DNA of 64,000 nt from Eledone cirrhosa (GCA_964016885.1 OZ024751.1:10912001-10976000); one strand, 5' to 3'; counted from the first letter of the stretch, positions 27,271 through 45,393 are shown. Numbers and translations: made by a program. Notes: generated by a model from the letters alone, not told the origin.

Positions 27271-28019
27271 CCCTCTTCACCGAACACACGACCGTACCCC
27301 CTTATCATTCTACACTCTCCTCTCCCTACTCCCACTGTCTTGTGCCACCCTCACTCTCCTTTTACCCTACCTCACCCTAACCGCATTCGATGCCATTACC
27401 ACGTGCTTCTTTGTATTTTTCCCTTCCCAGCTTCTGTTGTGTGTGTATACATGCGTAAAATGCATGTTTATATGTATGTATGTATGTATGAATGTACATG
27501 TATGTATGTATGAATGTACATGTATGTATGTATGAATGTACATGTATGTATGTATGAATGAATATATATGTATATTTATGCATGTATGTGCGTATGCGTA
27601 TTTAAGTGGATGGATGGATGTATGTGTGTATGTGTGTGTACGTATGTGCATGTATATGTGTAAGTGTGTGTGTGTTATTTTTATTCATTTATTTATTTAT
27701 TTATTTATTTAGGTTCGTTTATTTTGCACTCGTTTGCATATGTAACCAATTGAGGATTGCAGAAAGTCAAACATTGGAGAGGGAAACAGTGTGATAGAGT
27801 GAGTGAGAGAAGAGATGGGTAGATAGAGATGGATAGATAGAGGGAGGGGGATGGAGACTGGAGGAATAGAAGAGGGAGAGGGAGATAGAGAGAGAGGGAG
27901 GGTTGATATGAGAGAGGGGGATAGAGAGGGAGAGAGAGAGGGATGGAGACTGGAGGAATAGAAGAGAAAGAGAGATCTAGAAAGGGGAATCCGTAGAGCG
28001 AAATTAGGAAAGCAATGGT

Positions 28020-28067
28020 GGTAGATTCCCGCCGAACGATCTAGAAAAAAACATGGCGATGGTATGA
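28020..28067 (+). promoter_or_regulatory. Candidate promoter / first exon: E2F-like TTCCCGCC, aaaacATGGCGATG|gtatga
   Basis: YY1-like motif overlapping the ATG at 28053, with a donor at 28062. NRF1-like acgcatgcgca at ~28679. Confidence 0.3.
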
Positions 28068-29039
28068 TTCGTTGTTATCCTTGTTTGGTATCCACCTCCG
28101 TGTTATGTTTTTTTTTTTACTTTTCTTGTTCCATCCACTCTACTCTAGAGATATCGAAACCATGCTCTTCCTCTCTCTTCCTCCCTCTTCTCTCTCTCTT
28201 CCCTCTCTCTATGTATCTCTCTCTCTCTCATTGTGATTCTATGTCCACTCCTCTCTCTGTCTGTCTCTCTGTTTCTGACTCTCACACACACGCGTACATA
28301 CACCTCTCTCACACACACAGATACACACTATCTCTCTCTCTCTCATTCTCACTCACACACACACACACTCACTCTGTCTCCCATTCTCTCTCTCTCATTC
28401 TCACTCACACACACACACTCTCTCTGTCTCCCATTCTCTCTCTCTCACACACTCTCTCTCTCACTCTCTCTCACACACATACACACACACTATCTCTCTG
28501 TCTACCTCCTTCTCTCTCTCTCTCTCTCTATCACGCCAGAATGAACAATTGAACGAATGCACGAATGACTGAATGACTGAGTGAATGAAAGAATTACCGA
28601 ATGTGTGTTGATGCAGATATTGACAAACAGAGACTCTTTACACCAAATGCATTCGATACGCTTATTGCAATAAAACAAACGCATGCGCACAAGCTTGCAG
28701 GTAGCCTCTGCAAACTCGAGCATGCGTAAAATCGTACTTTTTTTAACAATAGAGAAACGAAGCAAGAGATGCCAAAATAAAATATCAGAAAAATCAAAAT
28801 AATAATAATAATAATAATAAAAATAATGATAAAAATGACTTATAACAACAACAAAATCAAAAATAAATCTACCCTCCTCCGCAAATAATAATGGCAATCC
28901 TTACAGAATTGGGCATTAAAGGAAATTAAACAGATATATAAACAAACATATATATACACACAAACACGCACACATATATATATATACATACATATATGTA
29001 TATATAGATGTACACACACACATACATATGGACATATAT

Positions 29040-29196
29040 ATACATATACATACATTCATATATATATATATACACATTCATATATATATATATTTATATA
29101 CACATTCATATATAAATATATATATATATATATATACACATTCATATATATATACACATTCATATATATATATATATATATACATTCATATATACA

Positions 29197-29267
<71 letters not shown>

Positions 29268-29317
29268 TCATATATATATATACACATTCATAGATATATA
29301 TATATATATACACATTC

Positions 29318-29348
<31 letters not shown>

Positions 29349-29350
29349 CA

Positions 29351-29405
<55 letters not shown>

Positions 29406-30304
29406 TCATATATATATATATACATTCATATATATATATATACATTCATATATATATATATACATTCATATATATATATATATACATTCATATATATATA
29501 TATATACATTCATATATATATATATATACATTCATATATATATATATATACATTCATATATATATACATTCATATATATATATATATATATACATTCATA
29601 TATATATATATATATATACACATTCATATATATATATATATATATATACATTCATATATATATATATATATATACATTCATATATATATATATATACATT
29701 CATATATATATATATATACATTCATATATATATATATACATTCATATATATATATATACATTCATATATATATATATATATATATACATTCATATATATA
29801 TATATATATATACATTCATATATATATATATATATATACATTCATATATATATATATATACATTCATATATACATATACACATTCATATATATATATATA
29901 TATATATATACACATTCATATATATATATATATATATATACACATTCATATATATATATATATATATATATACACATTCATATATATATATATATATATA
30001 TACACATTCATATATATATATATATATATATACACATTCATATATATATATATATATATATACACATTCATATATATATATATATATATATACACATTCA
30101 TATATATATATATATATATATACACATTCATATATATATATATATATATACACATTCATATATATATATATATATATATACACATTCATATATATATATA
30201 TATACACATTCATATATATATATATATATACATTCATATATATATATATATACACATTCATATATATATATATATATACACATTCATATATATATATCCA
30301 CACA

Positions 30305-30338
<34 letters not shown>
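29040..30338. repeat. (TA)n minisatellite with cacattca marker (resumes at 31455-32110)
   Basis: Repeated cacattca(ta)n units on both sides of the 30340-31455 insert. Confidence 0.9.
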
Positions 30339-30340
<2 letters not shown>

Positions 30341-30378
30341 ATATTAATAAATGGAAACTATATTTACAAAACCATATT

Positions 30379-30443
30379 TATTTCATTATACATATTTCAG
30401 GGATACCAAATTAAATTATGGTATGCCTTCATCAGACAAAATA
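30379..30443 (-). ncRNA. Type I hammerhead ribozyme (family shared with 45394-45785)
   Basis: Minus strand: tattttgt-CTGATGA-aggcatacca..tggtatccct-GAAA-tatgta-TA-atgaaata. The element's 3' end abuts TA at ~30340. Confidence 0.75.
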
Positions 30444-30679
30444 CAATATATAACAGTTTTACAAATAAGCTTTGACGTACCCTTTTAAAATGCAACCATT
30501 ATTTTTGGAGGCCATCTGGATAGTGAATTGTTTATATTATTTTAATAAGTCTTAGTGTTAAGGACAATTAGAAAAAAAAAATATATATACACATTGTTTA
30601 TATATATATATAAACATTCATATATATATTCATATATATATATATATATATATATAAACATTCATATATATATTAAAAT

Positions 30680-31456
30680 ATATGATAAACACAAAACGTG
30701 TTTGTATTGCAGCAGACAAAGTTAGCTATTAATGAAATAAACTAATTAAAGTGAATACAATTTGTCTGTCTCGATATAATTCAATAAAGACAAGCTTATA
30801 TTGGCAACGGCCATGATTCCTGGACAGATTTAAATTTCAAAATCCAAACCTGTGCCGTAGACGAATTTGAACCTCGAAACCTAAATCCGTTTCGCAACGG
30901 TGGTATGTGAATTGAAAAATAAAGAGAATCGAAATGGAATTGAAATAAAATGTGAAATATCCAAATCTTCTGTGCTTATCAACAGGAATCCAGTAAAATT
31001 AGTACATCTCACACCAAAAATTTTGCAGGTCTGACTACACGTGTGTAGCCAGGCCAAACTAGCCGTCCCGCATTCCCGGTGCTAGAAATAACAGCCGTTT
31101 ATGCGGGATTAAAGATCAGCTCTACAGTTAAGGAGCAATATACTATATTATATTTTGAGAATAAACTCTCAGTCGTTTACAATAATCAAGCTCCAAGAAA
31201 AGGGGCATTTCCGAGCAGTTAAATACATGGCCGTTGCCAATATAAGCTTGTCTTTATTGACTTATATCGAGACAGACAAATTGTATTCACTTTAATTAGT
31301 TTATTTCATTAATAGCTAACTTTGTCTGTTGCAATGCTAACACGTTTTGTGTTTATCATATATGTTAATGTATTTAACTGCTCGGAAATCCCTCCTTTTC
31401 TTGGAGCTTGATTATTGTAAACGACTGAGAGTTTATTCTCAAAATATAATATAGTA
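30680..31456. repeat. Interleaved inverted repeats A-spacer-B-A'-B'
   Basis: 30680-30815 is approximately the reverse complement of 31227-31362, and 31141-31229 of 31369-31456. Confidence 0.85.
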
Positions 31457-31483
31457 TATATATATATATATACACATTCATAT

Positions 31484-31517
<34 letters not shown>

Positions 31518-31521
31518 CACA

Positions 31522-31560
<39 letters not shown>

Positions 31561-31616
31561 TCATATATATATATATATATATACACATTCATATATATAT
31601 ATATATATACACATTC

Positions 31617-31648
<32 letters not shown>

Positions 31649-31728
31649 TCATATATATATATATATATATACACATTCATATATATATATATATATACAC
31701 ATTCATATATATATATATATACACATTC

Positions 31729-31759
<31 letters not shown>

Positions 31760-31869
31760 CATATATATATATATATATATACACATTCATATATATATAT
31801 ATATACACATTCATATATATATATATGTATATATATACATTCATATATATATATATATATATATATACA

Positions 31870-31909
<40 letters not shown>

Positions 31910-31959
31910 TATATATATATATATACATTCATATATATATATATATATATATATATACA

Positions 31960-32000
<41 letters not shown>

Positions 32001-32031
32001 TCATATATATATATATATATATATATATACA

Positions 32032-32068
<37 letters not shown>

Positions 32069-32432
32069 TCATATATACATATACGTATATATATCTACAT
32101 ACATTCATATATATATACATATACACACACATACATATGTGTACACAAACATATATATATATGTATATAGACACACATATATACGTATATATATGCATAT
32201 ACACGTATACATATATATGTGTGTATGTGTATTGACACACTGATATGAATATAACTTCATGTTACCGCACACACGCGATAACACGTATGTGGGACCGCCC
32301 ACTCAAACAGAGACAAACACTTACAAGTCTGTGTTGATATTATGTGTGTGTGTGTGTGTGTGTGTGTATATACATACATATATAAATCTAAATAAAATAC
32401 ACACACACACATATATATATATATATCTATCT

Positions 32433-32610
32433 ATCTAAGGCGGGTAAAATTCCCGAGATCCATGTACGAGTTCTCTCCAGCGGTCTCTGTCCCTCATTAT
32501 CGCTGCCATGTCCTGCATCTCCAACAGACCAGTGTCTGTCCTTAGGGCATCAACATACGTTAACCTTGGTCTTCCTCTTCTAGTGTGTCCATGTAGGGGC
32601 TTCCACATAC
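32433..32610 (-). mobile_element. Short 3' fragment of an RTE-type LINE
   Basis: WKPLHGHTRRGRPRLTYVDALRTDTG...MRDRDRWRELV followed by a (taga)n tail running into TA. Confidence 0.75.
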
Positions 32611-32805
32611 GTGTATAATATAGACACACATACACACACACACACACAGAAACTCTTCCTATTTAGCAGGAAATATGATACATATGACTTAATATTCAAT
32701 CACCAAATACGAGCTAAAATAATGCTGTATTCGATTATTTGAAGTCACGCGTTATAATTTCATTCAACAACACCTCCACTACTACCACTACCACCCCTCT
32801 TTCTC

Positions 32806-32841
<36 letters not shown>

Positions 32842-33256
32842 ACATTATGAAGGTACTCGGAAAAACCGCGTGTCTCGGCACCCGTACTCCGATTTACGCG
32901 AAACTTGTTTTATTCCATTTGTATTCCCATTTCAGGGGCAAATCCCTTCCAAAGTATTTTCTGATTATGCGCCATTTTGGATGTATTACACATAATCACA
33001 CAATCAAAGAGCTTTAGTAGTAGTAGTATGTATAAATATATATATATATGTATATATACATACAAATTTTAAAGACATGTAGAGAGAGAAAGAGTCATAT
33101 ATCGTTTGAGAAATATATAGTATTTTGTACAAATAACCTATAATATTCAAGAAAATATATATACTTTAAGGTGGTCTGAGTCATGGTCAATTGAGCTTAT
33201 TTATTGTGAAACATGATCATCATACATATTAAATAGGTATTGATACTTTAACATAG

Positions 33257-33292
<36 letters not shown>

Positions 33293-33362
33293 GTGTGTGT
33301 GATGTATTATCATTCTTTGACTTTTATGTTTCTATTTAGTGCTTTTATAAACACAGATTCCT

Positions 33363-33409
<47 letters not shown>

Positions 33410-33589
33410 CGTATGCATGCATGTGTATGTGTGTAAGCGTACGTTGGAAGAGTATAGTGAAAGGCTGTGGTGTAAGTGTGTTGATATATTGTAGAAAGAT
33501 TAAAGAACACACTAAGAGGTGGAGAAGGTTGTAAGGTCTGCAATGATCTTACAACCGTTTTTTATTACTGAAACAGATGTCTCATTTCG

Positions 33590-36950
<3,361 letters not shown>

Positions 36951-37080
36951 CATTGGTTCTTGATATATCATATAAATATTTACATGTTTATTGAAGTCCC
37001 CTCCATTGCTGGTCATCCTATGGAGCCATACAACATTAACCATTTCCAGGTGAAATACAATTATGTTATATGAGTGAAAA

Positions 37081-37950
37081 TTGGTGTGGTATTGGTGTGG
37101 TGTCGTGTGGTGTGGTGTAGTGGTGGTGTGGTGTGGTGGTGGTGTGGTGTTGGTGTAGTGGTGGTGTGGTGTTGGTGTAGTGGTGGTGTGGTGCTGGTGT
37201 AGTGGTGGTGTTGGTGGTGTGGTGTTGGTGTAGTGGTGGTGTGGCGTTGGTGTGGTTGTGGTGTTGGTGTGGTGGTGTGGTGTTGGTGTGGTGGTGGTGT
37301 GGTGTCGATGTAGTGGTGTTAATGTAGTGGTGGTGTGGTGTTGGTGTAGTTGTGGTGTGGAGTTGGTCTAGTGGTGGTGTGGTGTTGTTGTAGTTGTGGT
37401 GTAGTATTGGTGTGGTGTTGTTGGTGTAGTGGTGGTGTGGTGTCGATGTAGTGGTGTTAATGTAGTGGTGGTGTGGTGTTGGTGTAGTTGTGTTGTGGTG
37501 TTGCTGTAGTGGTTGTGTAGTGTTGGTGTAGTGGTGGCGTGGTGTTGGTGTAGTGGTGGCGTGGTGTTGGTGTAGTGGTGGTGTGGTGTTGGAGTAGTGG
37601 TGGTGTAGTGTTGATGTAGTGGTGGTGTGGTGTTGGTGTAGTGGTGGTGTTGGTGTAGTGGTGGTGTAGTGTTGATGTAGTGGTGGTGTGGTGTTGGTGT
37701 AGTGGTGGTGTGGTGTTGGTGTAGTGATGGTGTGGTGTTGGTGTAGTGGTGGTGTGGTGTTGGAGTAGTGGTGGTGTGGTGTTGGAGTAGTGGTGGTGTG
37801 GTGTTGGAGTAGTGGTGGTGTGGTGTTGTAGTGGTGGTGTGGTGTTAGAGTAGCGGTGGTGAGGTGTTAGTGTAGCGGTGGTGAGGTGTTGATGTAATGG
37901 TGGTGTGGTGTTGATGTAGTGGTGGTGTGGTGTTGATGTAATGGTGCTGT
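37081..37950. repeat. GT-rich ~22-bp minisatellite (gtagtggtggtgtggtgttggt)
   Basis: Tandem degenerate units. Confidence 0.85.
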
Positions 37951-40900
37951 TGGAGAAGTGAGGTTGTAGTGTTTTTGACGTCCATATTGGAGAAGTGGGA
38001 CTGTTGTGTTGTTACTGTGGTGGTGGTTGGTGTTGTAGTGGTGTTGGTGAGGTTGTAGTGTTTTTGACGTCCATATTGGAGAAGTGAGGTTGTTGTGTTG
38101 TTACTTTTGTGGTGCTGGTGTTGTAGTGCTGTTGGTGAGGTTGTAGTGTTTTTGACGTCAATATTGGAGAGGTGGGGTTGTTGTGTAGTTACTGTTGTGG
38201 TGGTGGTGGTGTTGTAGTGGTGTTGGTGAGGTTGTAGTATTTTTGACGTCCATATTGGAGAAGTGGGGTTGTTGTATAGTTACTGTTGTGGTGGTGGTGT
38301 TGTAGTGGTGTTGATGAGGTTGTAGTGTTTTTGACGTCCATATTGGAGAAGTGGGGCTGTTGTGTGGTTACTGTGGTGGTGGTAGTGTTGTAGTGGTGTT
38401 GGTGAGGTTGTAGTGTTTTTGATGTCCATATTGGAGAGGTGGGTTGTTGTGTAGTTACTGTTGTAGTGGTGGTGGTGTTGTAGTGGTGGTGAGGTTGTAG
38501 TCTTTTTGACGTCCATATTGGAGAAGTGGGGCTGTTGTGTAGTTACTGTTGTGGTGGTGGTGTTGTAGTGGTGTTGTTGATGTTGTAGTGTTTTTGACGT
38601 CCATATTGGTGAAGTGGGTTGTTGTGTAGTTACTGTTGTGGTGGTGGTGTTGTAGTGGTGTTAGTGAGGTTGTAGTGTTTTTGACGTCCATATTGGAGAA
38701 GTGCGGCTGTTGTGTAGTTACTGTTGTTGTAGTGGTGTTGGTGAAGTTGTAGTGTTTTTGACGTCCATATTGGAGAGGTGGGGTTGTTGTGTAGTTACTG
38801 TTGTGGTGGTGGTGTTGTAGTGGTGTTGGTGAGGTTGTAGTGTTTTTGACGTCCATATTGGAGTTGTGGGGCTGTTGTGTAGTTACTGTTGTGGTAGTGG
38901 TGTTGTAGTGGTGTTGGTGAGGTTGTAGTGATTTTGACGTCCATATTGGAGTTGTGGGGCTGTTGTGTTGTTACTGTTGTGGTGTTGGTGTTGGTGAGGT
39001 AGTAGTGTTTTTGAGGTCCATATTGGAGAAGTGGGGTTGTTGTGTAGTTACTGTTGTGGTGGTGGTGTTGTAGTGGTGTTGGTGAGGTTGTAGTGTTTTT
39101 GACGTCCATATTGGAGAAGTGGGGTTGTTTTGTAGTTACTGTTGTGGTGGTGGTGTTGTAGTGGTGTTGCTGAGGTTGTAGTGTTGTTGACGTCCATATT
39201 GGAGAAGTGGGGCTGTTGTGTTGTTACTGTTGTGGTGGTGGTGTTGTAGTGGTGTTGGTGAGGTTGTAGTGTTTTTGACGTCCATATTGGAGAAGTGGGG
39301 CTGTTGTGTTGTTACTGTTGGAGAAGTGGGGTTGTTGTGTAGTTACTGTTGTGGTGGTGGTGTTGTAGCGGTGTTGGTGAGGTTGTAGTGTTTTTGGCGT
39401 CCATATTGGAGAAGTGGGGCTGTTGTGTAGTTACTGTTGTGGTGGTGGTGTTGTAGTGGTGTTGTTGATGTTGTAGTGTTTTTGACGTCCATATTGGTGA
39501 AGTGGGTTGTTGTGTTGTTACTGTTGTGGTGGTGGTGTTGTAGTGGTGTTGGTGAGGTTATAGTGTTTTTGACGTCCATATTGGAGAAGTGGGGCTGTTG
39601 TGTTGTTACTGTTGGAGAAGTGGGGTTGTTGTGTTGTTACTGTTGTGGTGGTGGTGGAGTTGTGTTGGTGAGGTTGTAGTGTTTTTGACGTCCATATTGG
39701 AGAAGTGGGGCTGTTGTGTTGTTACTGTTGGAGAAGTGGGGTTGTTGTGTAGTTACTGTTGTGGTGTTGTAGTGGTGTTGTTGATGTTGTAGTGTTGTTG
39801 AAGTCCATATTGGAGAAGTGGGGCTATTGTGTTGTTACTGTTGTGGTGGTGGTGTTGTAGTGGTGTTGGTGCGGTTGTAGTGTTTTTGACGTCCATATTG
39901 GAGAAGTGGGGCTGTTGTGTTGTTACTGTTGGAGAAGTGGGGTTGTTGTGTTGTTACTGTTGTGGTGGTGGTGGAGTTGTGTTGGTGAGGTTGTACTGTT
40001 TTTGACGTCCATATTGGAGTTGTGGGGCTGTTGTGTTGTTACTGTTTTGGTGGTGGTGTTGGTGAGGTTCTAGTGTTTTTGACGTCCATATTGGAGAAGT
40101 GGGGTTGTTGTGTAGTTACTGTTGTGGTGGTGGTGTTGTAGTGGTGTTGGTGAGGTTGTAGTGTTTTTGACGTCCATATTGGAGAAGTGCGGCTGTTGTG
40201 TAGTTACTGTTGTTGTAGTGGTGTTAGTGAAGTTGTAGTGTTTTTGACGTCCATATTGGAGAGGTGGGGTTGTTGTGTAGTTACTGTTGTGGTGGTGGTG
40301 TTGTAGTGGTGTTGGTGAGGTTGTAGTGTTTTTGACGTCCATATTGGAGAAGTGGGGTTGTTTTGTAGTTACTGTTGTGGTGGTGTTGGTGAGGTTGTAG
40401 TGTTGTTGACGTCCATATTGGAGAAGTGGGGCTGTTGTGTTGTTACTGTTGGAGAAGTGGGGTTGTTGTGTAGTTACTGTTGTGGTGGTGGTGTTGTAGC
40501 GGTGCTGGTGAGGTTGTAGTGTTTTTGACGTCCATATTGGAGAAGTGGGGCTGTTGTGTTGTTACTGTTGTGGTAGTGGTGTTGCTGAGGTTGTAGTGTT
40601 TTTGGCATCCATATTGGAGAATTGGGGTTGTTGTGTTGTTACTGTTGTGGTGGTGGTGTTGTAGTGGTGTTGGTGAGGTTGTAGTGTTTTTGACGTCCAT
40701 ATTGGAGAAGTGGGGCTGTTGTGTTGTTACTGTTGTGGTGGTGGTGTTGTAGTGGTGTTGGTGAGGTTGTAGTGTTTTTGACATTCATATTGGAGAAGTG
40801 GGGCTGTTGTGTTGTTACTGTGGTGGTGGTGGTGGTGTTGTAGTGGTGTTGGTGAGGTTGTAGTGTTTTTGACGTCCATATTGGAGAAGTGGGGTTGTTG

Positions 40901-42420
40901 TGTAGTTACTGTTGTGGTCGTGGTGTTGTAGTGGTGTTGGTGAGGTTGTAGTATTTTGACGTCCATATTGGAGAATTGGGGCTGTTGTGTTGTTACTGTT
41001 GTGGTGGTGGTGGAGTTATGTTGGTGAGGTTGTAGTGTTTTTGACGTCCATATTGGAGTTGTGGGGCTGTTGTGTTGTTACTGTTGTGGTGGTGGTGTTA
41101 GTGAGGTTGTAGTGTTTTTGACGTTCATATTGGAGAAGTGGGGTTGTTGTGTAGTTTCTGTTGTGGTGGTGGTGTTGTAGTGGTGTTGGTGAGGTTGTAG
41201 TGTTTTTGACGTCCATAATGGAGAAGTGGGGATGTTGTGTTGTTACTGTTGTGGTGATGGTGTTGTAGTGGTGTTGGTGAGGTAGTAGTGTTTTTGACGT
41301 CCATATTGGAGAAGTGGGGTTGTTTTGTAGTTACTGTTGTGGTGGTCGTGTTGTAGCGGTGTTGGTGAGGTTGTTGTGTTTTTCACGTCCATATTGGAGA
41401 AGTGGGGCTGTTGTGTTGTTACTGTTGTGGTGGTGGTGTTGCTGAGGTTGTAGTGTTTTTGACATCCATATTGGAGAAGTGGGGTTGTTGTGTTGTTACT
41501 GTTGTGGTGGTGGTGTTGTAGTGGTGTTGGTGAGGTTGTAGTGTTTTTGACATTCATATTGGAGAAGTGGGGCCGTTGTGTTGTTACTGTGGTGTTAGTG
41601 AGGTTGTTGTGTTTTTGACATCCATATTGGAGAAGTGGGGTTGTTGTGAAGTTACTGTTGTGGTCGTGGTGTTGTAGTGGTGTTGGTGAGGTTTTAGTGT
41701 TTTGACATCCATATTGGAGAATTGGGGCTGTTGTGTTGTTACTGTTGTGGTGGTGTTGGAGTTGTTGTGGTGTTGGTGAGGTTGTAGTGTTTTTGAGGTC
41801 CATATTGGAGTTGTGGGGCTGTTGTGTTGTTACTGTTGTGGTGGTGGTGTTGGTGAGGTTGTAGTGTTTTTGACGTCCATATTGGAGAAGTGGGGTTGTT
41901 GTGTAGTTACTGTTGTGGTGGTGGTGTTGTAGTGGTGTTGGTGAGGTTGTAGTGTTTTTGACGTCCATATTGGAGAAGTGGGGTTGTTGTGTAGTTACTG
42001 TTGTGGTGGTTGTGTTGTAGTGGTGTTTGTGAGGTTGTAGTGTTTTTGACGTCCATATTGGAGAAGTGGGGTTGTTGTGTAGTTACTGTTGTGGTGGTTG
42101 TGTTGTAGTGGTGTTGGTGAGGTTGTAGTGTTTTTGACGTCCATATTGGAGTTGTGGGGCTGTTGTGTTGTTACTGTTGTGGTGGTGGTGTTGGTGAGGT
42201 TGTAGTGTTTTTGACGTCCATATTGGAGAACTGGGGTTGTTGTGTAGTTACTGTTGTGGTGGTGGTGTTGTAGTGGTGTTGGTGAGGTTGTAGTGTTTTT
42301 GACGTCCATATTGGAGAACTGGGGTTGTTGTGTAGTTACTGTTGTGGTGGTGGTGTTGTAGTGGTGTTGGTGAGGTTGTAGTGTTTTTGACGTCCATATT
42401 GGAGAAGTGGGGATGTTGGG
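37950..42420. repeat. ~66-81 bp satellite with conserved core gtttttgacgtccatattggagaagtgggg
   Basis: More than 50 tandem units. Source of the MDVKNTTTS pseudo-ORFs. Confidence 0.95.
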
Positions 42421-42629
42421 TTGCTACTGTTGCGGTGGTCGTGATGGGGTGACTTCATTGTGTTAGTGAAGGCAATAGTACCCTCTCCCTGTCTATGTTG
42501 TTGGTGTACTAAATATTACAAATAGATTACATCGTAGATCTTAGTATTGATCTGGATATAAATATATTCCTTACTGATAAGGTTACTTAGGTACATACAG
42601 ATTCTTGTTTATTTTACCTTCGAATAATA

Positions 42630-42807
42630 CACACATACACACATACTCAAATACACGCACACACTCTATATACCCGCGTACATACATATATTATATATAA
42701 ATATATATATTCCACATACATACGTATATACATATATATATACACACACAGACAGACATATATATACATATGTATATATTTATATATATACATATGTATA
42801 TATATAA

Positions 42808-42841
<34 letters not shown>

Positions 42842-43497
42842 ATATGTACATATATATGTATATATATATACATATGTATATATATATACATATGTATATA
42901 TATATATATATACATATGTATATATATATATACATATGTATATATATATACATATGTATATATATATACATATGTATATATATATACATATGTATATATA
43001 TATATACATATGTACATATATATGTATATATATATACATATGTATATATATATATATATACATATGTACATATATATGTATATATATACATATGTATATA
43101 TATATATATATATATACATATGTATATATATATATATACACATATGTACGTATATATATATATATACACATATGTACGTATATATATATATATACACATA
43201 TGTACGTATATATATATATATACACATATGTACGTATATATATATATATACACATATGTACATATATATGTATATATATATACATATGTATATATATATA
43301 TATACATATGTACATATGTATATCTATCTATATATATATATATATACACATACATATATGTATCTATATACATATATATATATACACATACATATGTATC
43401 TATATACATATATATATATATATACACATACATATATGTATCTATATACATATATATATATATATGTATACATATGTATATATATACACACACACAC

Positions 43498-43533
<36 letters not shown>

Positions 43534-43559
43534 ATATATATACATATATATATGTATAC

Positions 43560-43613
<54 letters not shown>

Positions 43614-43640
43614 GCACACACACACACATGTATACATATG

Positions 43641-43704
<64 letters not shown>

Positions 43705-43747
43705 CATATATATATATATTTACATATATATATTTACATATATATAT

Positions 43748-43793
<46 letters not shown>

Positions 43794-43800
43794 AGATACA
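42630..43800. repeat. (TA)n microsatellite with catatg/tacg markers
   Basis: Dinucleotide runs. Confidence 0.9.
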
Positions 43801-44733
43801 TATATTTACAAATGTATGTTTACATAATTACGTATGTTGTAATTGTTTAATCCTGTACATTGTGTTACTCAGCTCAGCGGAGGCCATGATGGATCACCGA
43901 CTTCATTAACTATTATTAATTTTACGAACCACACTACTCGAGAAAATCCGGTTTGCATATCACCAATTTGTTGACAGAACACTCCACACACGTACACATA
44001 CTCACCTACACTCTCTCATACACCACACATACTCAAATATACGTAAATCTATATAACCACACATCTGCATACACATGTCAGTACGTCTGTTTAGTAACAC
44101 ACACACACACATACACACACATATACGCACGCGGACGTACATCTCTCTTTTAATCCTTTTTTCCTTCAACCTTGTGTCTCTCGTCCTCTTGCTTCTCTTT
44201 CTCCCTCTCTTTCTCTTTCACCTCTCGCTCTCTCTTCCACCTCTCTCTCCTTGTCGTCAACCCCTTTCTACCCCCCTCTCCCTCTCCCTCTCCCTCTCCC
44301 TCTCACTATCTCTCTCTCTCTATATCCCCTCTCTCTCTATCCCCTCTTTCTCTCCTCCCTCTCACCCCTCTCTCTCTATCCCCTCTCTCTCTCTCTCCTC
44401 TCTCTCCTCCCTCTCTCTCTCCTCCCTCCCTCTCACCCTCTCCCCCTTTCACCCCTCTCTCTCCCCTCCCCCTCTCTCTCCTCCCTCTCACCCCTCTCTC
44501 TTACTCTGTCTCCCAAATCCTACACGTTGTCTATACCTTCTGTTCTTCACAATCCTTTCAAAATCGAATTATTATATGCCACCTTCAGACAAGGGGCCTA
44601 CTTCCTGCATCATTCACTTTTGATCAGGTTACCCCAGATATACCGACGCCTGTCGTTTTTGCGTAACGATGACCTCGATAAATTCTAAAATTATGTGTGT
44701 GTGATATATATATATATATATATAGATGAGTTT

Positions 44734-44767
<34 letters not shown>

Positions 44768-44839
44768 TGAGTTTTATGTAGATTTAACAGTTCACTGCTC
44801 GCAAGTGTTTTTTTTTAAACTTCATATCATGTCTTCCTC

Positions 44840-44906
44840 TTTTATCTGATGAGAACGCAAATATCATCCCATGATGATATTTGGTTTTGAAATGCGCATA
44901 ATAAAA
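44840..44906 (+). ncRNA. Type I hammerhead ribozyme (same family as 13692, single copy; element ~44802-44946)
   Basis: ttttat-CTGATGA-..caaatatcatc ccat gatgatatttg..-GAAA-tgcgca-TA-ataaaa. Same 3' end (ttttgatcttatatta) running into TA. Confidence 0.85.
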
Positions 44907-44938
44907 TACATGGAACTCTTTTAACCATCTTTTGATCT

Positions 44939-44980
<42 letters not shown>

Positions 44981-45190
44981 CTTACACACACACACACACT
45001 CACACGTATATATATATGTTTGTGTGTGTGTGTGTATATATATATATATTGTCTTTAAAGCGTTGAAATATCCGAGATCCCCAGGAGACAACTGACGAGG
45101 AAAACGTCCCCCTCCTCCGTTCTTCTTTCTTCTTACTCCCATTCCATTTTTAAGCCTAACTTAACAAGCAACTACACAGCCATCATATTT

Positions 45191-45244
<54 letters not shown>

Positions 45245-45246
45245 TC

Positions 45247-45296
<50 letters not shown>

Positions 45297-45393
45297 AACA
45301 GAAGGGATATTTAATTTGTTGGAAATTCAACAAATGTAAATGCTTATAACTGATTCAGAGCACTCGACAGTGTCTGGAGTAAATATTCAATGA

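Noticed and set aside
37950-42420. CRISPR-like appearance (conserved ~30-bp core with spacers) and MDVKNTTTS peptides
   Set aside because: The spacers are themselves near-identical GT repeats, there are no cas genes, the context is eukaryotic, and frames shift between units.
36997-44690. Possible small exons at ~36997-37049, ~42524-42581 and ~44620-44685
   Set aside because: Splice-like signals exist, but there is no recognisable peptide or consistent gene model.
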